Below, in pieces: positions 57,581 to 64,000 of a stretch of 64,000 bases of DNA. Within the stretch, counting starts at the first letter, position 1, and each line of letters opens with the position of its first letter. Source of the DNA: Anthoceros angustus (Eukaryota > Plantae > Anthocerotophyta); the NCBI GenBank assembly GCA_010909165.1, contig MU008181.1:868001-932000 (forward strand), read 5' to 3'. The notes below the pieces were generated by a model. The model saw nothing but the letters and a program-made list of their open reading frames with translations. It was not told the DNA's origin and did not search any database. The translations under genes and the position numbers were made by a program.

Positions 57581-60500
57581 CGGGAGAGTGGTTGGGCCAG
57601 GCGGCTTGGTCTGGCCAGGCGACTTAGTTCGGTCGGGCAGCATAGTTTGGAATGGATCTGCTGCTGGGCAGGAGAGCGGCCGGTGGAAGAAGTCCGGCAA
57701 AATGATGAGCTATGCCCTGGCAGTTACAACGACCTAGGGTTAGGGTTCATAACTATGCGGGTTAGATTAGAGTGTGAGGGAGTATAAGGAGGCCTCGGCG
57801 CCCAAGACCGGCAGATTATCCCGGGTACCATCTTCGTACTCTGTGTGCTCTTGCCTCCCGTGTTCGAGGAGCGGAGTGTGTTCCTACGTCACCGTGCAAG
57901 ATTAATTGGTGGTAGAGGGATGTGTTGAGAGCTCTGGTGACGAGCTCCACCAACACGCCTGATGGGTGCAGACCGGGGTCGGACCTGAGCTCAGGAGGTG
58001 CTCGAGTGTGATTTCCCAGGTGCGAGACTAACCTTGGAGGCTGCTGGAATGAAGGCTCTGGGGTTGCAGGCTGCGAAGCCACTTCTCCGCAGAACGTGAA
58101 GCAGCCGGAAGGGTTAGGAGGCACTTAGGGGTGACCTTGCTGGGCGGAAGCCATCCCTGGAGGTTGCTGGGGCGGAGGCCGTGGGGTTGTAAACTGAGAA
58201 GCCAATACCCCACGGGATGCGAAGCAGCCGGAAGGAGCAAGGGAGGTCCGGTGTGAATACATTGGCGTGCTTGTGTCGCGAATACTAGCTATGGGTAGAT
58301 CAGGAAGGGGGAAGGCGTTGCGACCTGTGGGTTGCGTTGGGATGCTGTCGGAAGGAGTCGAGGGAGTAGGGACCCTGGGGCGCTAGGGTATGTAGGCTGA
58401 CGGAGGAAACACGTCGTTAAACTCGTTCTAGTCCGTCGGACCTATCACATCTTCTATCATAAAAATGTGATAGAAGATGGTGCCACGGTGGTCACAGGAT
58501 ATGAGTTATGGGACAAGCCCAAAGAAAGTGTTCTTATACCCCAAAAGAGAAAGAATTTGTAGGTTTCAAACCCTTGTATACATGAATTCTATGTTATCCA
58601 GTCCTTTGAGCACTTCCATCGTATTCCCCAAAATTGTCACTCTCTACCTCGACTTGAATGCAAGACCTTCTAAAATAAAAAGACGCGGAAACACAATGCT
58701 TTTCATCAAGAGTGTTCGCCTTCTCCGGGATGTTGATAACGAAGGATCCCTCCAATTGTACTCCTGGACTAGTGATGTACCAAGGCTCAATTGAAGGGTG
58801 CTATACAGTTTCACTCTCATTCTTTTGTTATATGAGGATTGAACATAAACTTTCTTCTTCACACATTGATTGATGCTCACCTGTTCGTCAATCTTGACAA
58901 AACACCAAGAAGGTGTCTTTACAAGCGCGAATTCCATTTACCTCTTCAAGCAAGGAAACTATGATGAAATTCAGATGGTAGCTTTTATCAGGCTACAAGC
59001 CTTGTTGTTGGTGGAATCAAATAAAGAAGCACACACGGGTGGAAGATATATTCATTCAATGCTCAAGAAAGGGTTAGCAGAGTTGATTAAGGCACCATAA
59101 GCCAAGGTTGCAAGATGAAAACATAAAGTTGATGCTTTTGGTCAGCCTCGGAAGGTCTATTTAGCACCAAGAGAGGAGTTCTTCAGAGCGCATGGTGCTC
59201 TTCCACAAGGAGCTGGTTATTTTCTTGCATGTATTGACCTCTAGCAATTCATGGGAACTTCACTCCCGCCTGATTCAGAGTACCAGCTTTTGTCATGCTG
59301 CAATAGACTTCCGCAATACATTACTTCATTACACATATGCACTAGTGATAAACATTTGCCGTTATAGACACTATTCGGTGATGGCGGACATGGAGTGGTT
59401 GTGTTCCACTTTCCACCCTCTGCATGTCATATGCTCCCATAGTGTACCCATTTTTTGCTCCCACAGTTTACAAACGTGTAAATGCCCGTTTTTACAATGT
59501 GAGGTTGTAAATTACGTTGTAAAATACTTGCGATTCTTGTAGTGTGTATTACTTTCCGTAATCATATAATATCGACACAACTGCACGATTCATGCACTGC
59601 CGTGGTAGAGTCCTGGGAGAAGACGCCGGCATGTCAGTGGCCATGCCACCTGTCATACCGTGTGATACTAATCTCTGCACTTGGGTTTAGTGTTTGATTA
59701 ACATTAATTAATCCAATTTCTTGTCTTTAAGTAAGTAATTAATTTTAATTGATCTAAAGATCTCATGTTAATTAACATTGATTAGTGTTAATTAAGCATA
59801 GTCAGCAATAGCTAAGTGGATAAGCTCAGGTAATATGCTTTAGCATATTCCTTGCATATTATAGTGTATTCTTAGGATATTTCTGGCATATGCTGATGCC
59901 AATAGGATATCTTAGGAATATGCCGATGCCAAGGGCTAGTATATATAGACCCTTTCAGAGACTCAGATCATAGCTTGTCCTCTAGATATGCAATGCAAGG
60001 GTGTTGTGAGGAGGCCAAAGCTATGACTCCGAGAGCGATGTGTGAGGAATTTGCGTGTTGTTCTCGTGGGGAGAGTGTGTTTGTGCCTGACCCCACATGA
60101 TAAAGTGCGTTCAGGTGACCAGTTGTAGAGCTTAGGCATAATAAGCATGAGTCCATTCCCTGTGGAATGAACCCCCGTACTACATCGACATTGGGTTAGT
60201 GTGCGCCCGGCTAGTCCGCTAGCAAAAGTTGCTTCACAATCGACCTCATGTTGTACAGTGATTCTGCAATGTGCCTCACTTTCCAGCTTCAGAAACCATG
60301 ACATACTATTGCTCCCAAAACCAATATTTGTCAGTTATCCAATTCAGAGACAGGGACACAACTTGCGCCGAGGTCACAAATGACGATTTTGTTTCTTGTG
60401 CTAGATGCATTCTCCCCGCTGTCCAACCCACGTCGTTTTTCTGCATCTCCGAGCTCGCTATCAGAGAAAGTTCTTTGTAGCATTCTGCATCAGACATGAA

Positions 60501-60879
60501 GCGGTAGCCGAATTTGATTCCCTCTTCTGACTTTGTGGGTCGAGAGGCTGCAAGCATGGGCGTGAAATGTGTTGACCGTAAAGCCCCGGTTTTTGTAGTA
60601 GAGCATGTATGCACTTTGAGCTATCATGAATTAGGGGCATAGCCACTTTTCGTGGAGTAAAGTGAAGGAGCTGGTTTGGATGTTCACGCATTGAGATAAA
60701 AAGGCTACCTCATAAGCAACCCCAAGCCGACGTATCCCTCCATACTTCACTTAAGTAATCTCACATAACATGCTAAGCAGATAATAAAAAGAGAAATAAA
60801 TATATACAAACAATTTGAAAAAAAAACTTGCTAAGCAGCCTAGTCTTCTCTTACACCACTCTAGGTGGGAAGCTGTAAC

Positions 60880-62940
60880 CACAACAAGGCATTTGAGTCA
60901 TCGATATATAGTAGGGGAAATCTGGTAGCCTTCGGAAGCATACTCCCTCCTGTTATTTATTGGTTTGTACCTATATCTGCGTATTAGATTTGTTTTGCTT
61001 GGTAATTTGTCGAGGAAGTGCTTATATGAATTCAAGTGCTTACCTCGTGCGACATCTTCCAAAAGGACAAACTGTTTGTCATTAGGTGCTGGAGTGAGCT
61101 TTGTAAAGGACTTCCTACGAAAACAGATATGACTAGTCGCTCCTGAATCCAAAAACTAAGTGTGAAACGAAACTTGAACAGAGGAAAGACAAATTGCTAG
61201 AATTGTTAGTTGCTTAGCTTTGGAAATAATAGTCAAGTTGCTCTCTACTGGAGACAATTCCTGATGAGGTTATGGATCCCCAGCTTTCTTCTTTTGACAA
61301 TCCTTCTCAAAATGGCTAGGTATGTTGCACCAATTGCAAGTGAAAGTCTTCCTCTGGCTGCTTGGAAATCTTCGTTGCTGACCTAAAGATGGATTACCTC
61401 TGCCTCTTCCTCTACCACAAAAACCACCTCTCCTCCTTGAAAGTGAAGAGCACCCTAGTGCTACTAGATGTATTCACATGTGCCTTGTGGAAATCGTGTG
61501 CACGCTCTTCAGACAGAAGTGTACCAATAACTTCTTCCAGAGAAATGTTGGGGGTCGTGCTCGCATCTGCCGCGCCTGCACTATTGCAAAGATGGTTGCC
61601 TTCTGACTTCCCACGAAGTTTTGGTAGCTTTCAGGAAGAGAAGCCAACAAGTTGATGGCAAGTTCGACTTCGGTCAACATGTTGCCACAATATGCCAGGT
61701 TGGCTCTATGTGTCTTGAATTTGTTGATGTATGCCTCCACGGGTTCTCCTTTCTTCATATGGAGATTCAAGAAATTTTTGTATACGTGTACGAGAGATGG
61801 TGAACTCTTATCTTGGTATATCTGCTTGAAAACTCTCCAGACATCAGAAGTGTTAGCAGCACCAATTGTATGAGGCATCACATTCTTGTTAGCAATTAGA
61901 ATAGATCTTGCACAGCTATCCTTGCGTTCCCACTCTAACTGCTTATCAGCGGGTCTAGGTGGGGTTCTGGTCTTTGGCTCTATCCCATCTACGATACTCA
62001 TGAGCTCTTGCTCCTCAAGTATCTGACCTAGTCTCATCGACCACACATGGTAATCTACACCAATAAACCTATCTTTGTCTCTAAACTCAATCGTAAGAGG
62101 TGCTAAGGCAGGTGGGTGCGATATTGTTGCAGGCACTATTACTAAGGCAAGGAGTTGCCTGGCTCCATGCAAGATGGCTGCAGGAGAGAAGTCCCATACA
62201 AAGTACTCCACTTGATAAGAGAACAGGAAAGACAGGTTGTAGACCTCTTCTTCTTACTCTAAATTAGAAACATCTTGCATAGACTTATGAACGACTGGAT
62301 TACATAAAAGACTCCCACTGCCTGATGTAGTGTAGGCTTCAGTGTTCCTTGCAAACTCTTTACAAATGTAGTCGAGTATCATGATGCTGCCGGAAAACTA
62401 TTTGATGATCTCCACCTGTACCTTGCAAGCTTCTAAAGTGAAACGAGTTGCTGTCGAAGTACAACTTTGCTTTCACGTGATCCGCTGGTAGCAACTGCTG
62501 CTGTCTTCTACGCTAAGAGGAACTTCTTAGCACCCTTTGCTATGGCAGCGAGAAGACACTGGTCGGCGAGCAAAGTGGTGACTTTCTCAACCCTGCGTAG
62601 CAGTGGCATTGGGCGGTTCCCGCGTTCTTTTGATCCGCAGTCAGGGCAAGGGTGGAAGGCCCAGAGGTCGCTCTAACCGACACAGAACACCATAGGTAAG
62701 AAGATCCTGGATGTCTTCCTTTGGACATCCTTGCCTCCGACTGAAGTCGATTAAACTGCCGTGCTCACTGATTCTATGATCCGATCGTGCAACAAGAGTC
62801 GGAAGATCAACTCGGGCTCTGATACCATAATGAAATTCAGATGCTTTCATCAGCCTACAAGCCTTATTATTGTCGGTGGAATCAAACGGGGAAGTACATT
62901 GGGGAGGAAGATACATTCATTCAATGCTCAAGAAAGAGAA
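60880..62940 (-). mobile_element. Truncated Ty1/copia LTR retrotransposon (5' LTR end, PBS, gag, zinc knuckle, protease)
   Basis: PBS TGGTATCAGAGC (tRNA-iMet; plus strand 62816-62827) lies next to an LTR end at 62831. The gag ORF 61474-62211 reads YHVWSMRL..ILEEQEL..VDG..W..KD..ARSIL. Zinc knuckle CNWCNIPSHFEKDC at ~61285-61330; protease DSGATSHIC at ~61120-61150. The LTR-end sequence recurs, diverged, at 58965-59070. Confidence 0.88.
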
Positions 62941-63059
62941 CAATGGAGTTTATGTACAGCAAGTGAGATAACTAACTAAAATTGTTTTATAACTATCCGA
63001 ACTACCTGAACGAATGTAACTAATTAGTAAATCCTAATTACTAGACCAATAATTTCTAC

Positions 63060-63330
63060 TAACTGGATCCTCATGTTCCACAAAGTCCCTGTAAATGCCA
63101 ATGCCATATGTTTTGCCTGAAATCCTGGTCATCCTCGTGTTCCACAAAGTCCAAGTCACCGCCAATGCTGTATGTTTTGCGTGAAATCCTGGTCATGATC
63201 TTGGCAGCGCAACAGTGCAATCTGGCAGTGCCAATTTGCAATATTCACATAGAACGAGTTGTGGCACGCCTCCAAAATCCTTGCATTTGTTACATGTACA
63301 TTGTCTCGACATTTTGGCAATGATTGCCCA
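63060..63330 (-). pseudogene. Second HSPA12-like Hsp70 fragment (homologous to ~56050-56150)
   Basis: DNA similarity CTGGATCC..TGTT(G/C)CACAAAGTCCCTGTAA...GCC(G/A)TATG.TTTGC(G/C)TGAAATCCT at ~63063 and ~56050. Translation MTRISRKTYSIG..DFVEHED; this motif is locally duplicated. Confidence 0.55.
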
Positions 63331-63499
63331 AACTAAGGCGTTCAACCTGGGCTCGAAACACACGCCATTGGACCCTCGCTGGTAGCGATTATCAATTCAA
63401 TGACACGGACTGACCAATGCCATGACTTCATGTTCAACTTACGTTACTGGAATCCGATGAGAGTTTTGACCCATAAAAACAGTAAGGCTCTCAATCCAA

Positions 63500-64000
63500 G
63501 CAAATACTCATGTCTTTTCTGCAGCCCTTAGTAGATGTGGGTAGCTGTGGGTAATCATGTAACTTTTGCTTGTCTCCGGAAGGCCTGTGTAAGCGCTGGA
63601 GGAGAACAGAAAGCAAGCAGCTGCACTCACAGATTGTGGAAGAAGACAGCTATATATATAACGCACATGTGGGGTCTTGCCTGGTGGACATGTATGCAGC
63701 CTGTGGGGAACTGGAGAGAGACCCACTGTGGAAATACAACTGTACCATGAGATGCGTTGCTCAAGTTTGAGGGCGAATACTCATGTCTTTGTAGCGGCCC
63801 TTCAAGATTGTGCATTTGCTGCACTGTGTTGTGTTGCACAGTGACATTCCTCCTGACTGAATTACTGGCAACTGGGTGGTGGACATGTATGCAAAATGCG
63901 GCGAACTGGAAGACTGCATGCAGGGTCTTTGACAGCTTGGTCAGAAATGGTGTGGTGACAGCTGTGCTAGTTCAAGAGGCGGATCTGCTCGCATTTTAGT
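63500..64000 (+). pseudogene. PLS-class PPR gene fragment, frameshifted; runs off the window
   Basis: VTFACLRKACVS, KQLHSQIVEE..NAHVGSCLVDMYAACGELE, DMYAKCGEL..ACRVFDSL in shifting frames. Confidence 0.8.

Larger units (their letters stand above)
56824..58447 (+). mobile_element. LTR-like segment (possible solo LTR) containing minisatellites
   Basis: Begins TGATAG and ends CTATCA (6-bp inverted ends, TG...CA), with a TATAAG box at ~57783 and internal tandem repeats. The flanks (AAACC / CATCT) do not form a TSD. Confidence 0.4.

Noticed and set aside
59651-60378. Solo LTR (TG...CA, TATATATA box at ~59940)
   Set aside because: Plausible, but the flanks (CCACC / AATGA) give no TSD and the boundaries cannot be fixed from this window.
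1-64000. tRNA, rRNA or snoRNA genes
   Set aside because: No cloverleaf with A/B boxes or rRNA-like sequence was recognised by eye. The only tRNA-related sequence is the 12-nt copia PBS. A tRNAscan-SE/Infernal run would be needed to exclude them fully.

Overview
Land-plant nuclear DNA. Introns are short (~80-140 bp), genes are tightly packed and PLS-type PPR remnants are present, so a compact seed-free plant genome such as a hornwort or lycophyte is likely (inference). Conserved genes, left to right: 3' end of PIG-O, POP1, a DUF1295 membrane protein, an intronless OTU1/YOD1-type deubiquitinase, an unrecognised protein with three internal repeats, TMEM205/DUF4149, an intronless rhodanese-FSH1 (STR6-like) gene, proline iminopeptidase, an ARID4-like gene and TCF25. 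The main unexplained structure is a 22,689-bp element (12718-35406) with perfect 27-bp terminal inverted repeats (TAT...ATA) and a perfect 6-bp target-site duplication (GATTTC). Its interior holds three GC-rich, frameshifted, serially duplicated coding-like blocks that I cannot assign to a family. These are separated by two oppositely oriented arrays of a ~175-bp CATG-rich satellite. Also notable: a decayed MYCBP2/RPM-1/Highwire-type RING-Cys-relay E3 ligase (38.6-39.7 kb), two HSPA12-like Hsp70 fragments, and copia/LTR, hAT and PPR debris. No rRNA, tRNA or CRISPR array was found. All translations were done by eye and no database searches were run.
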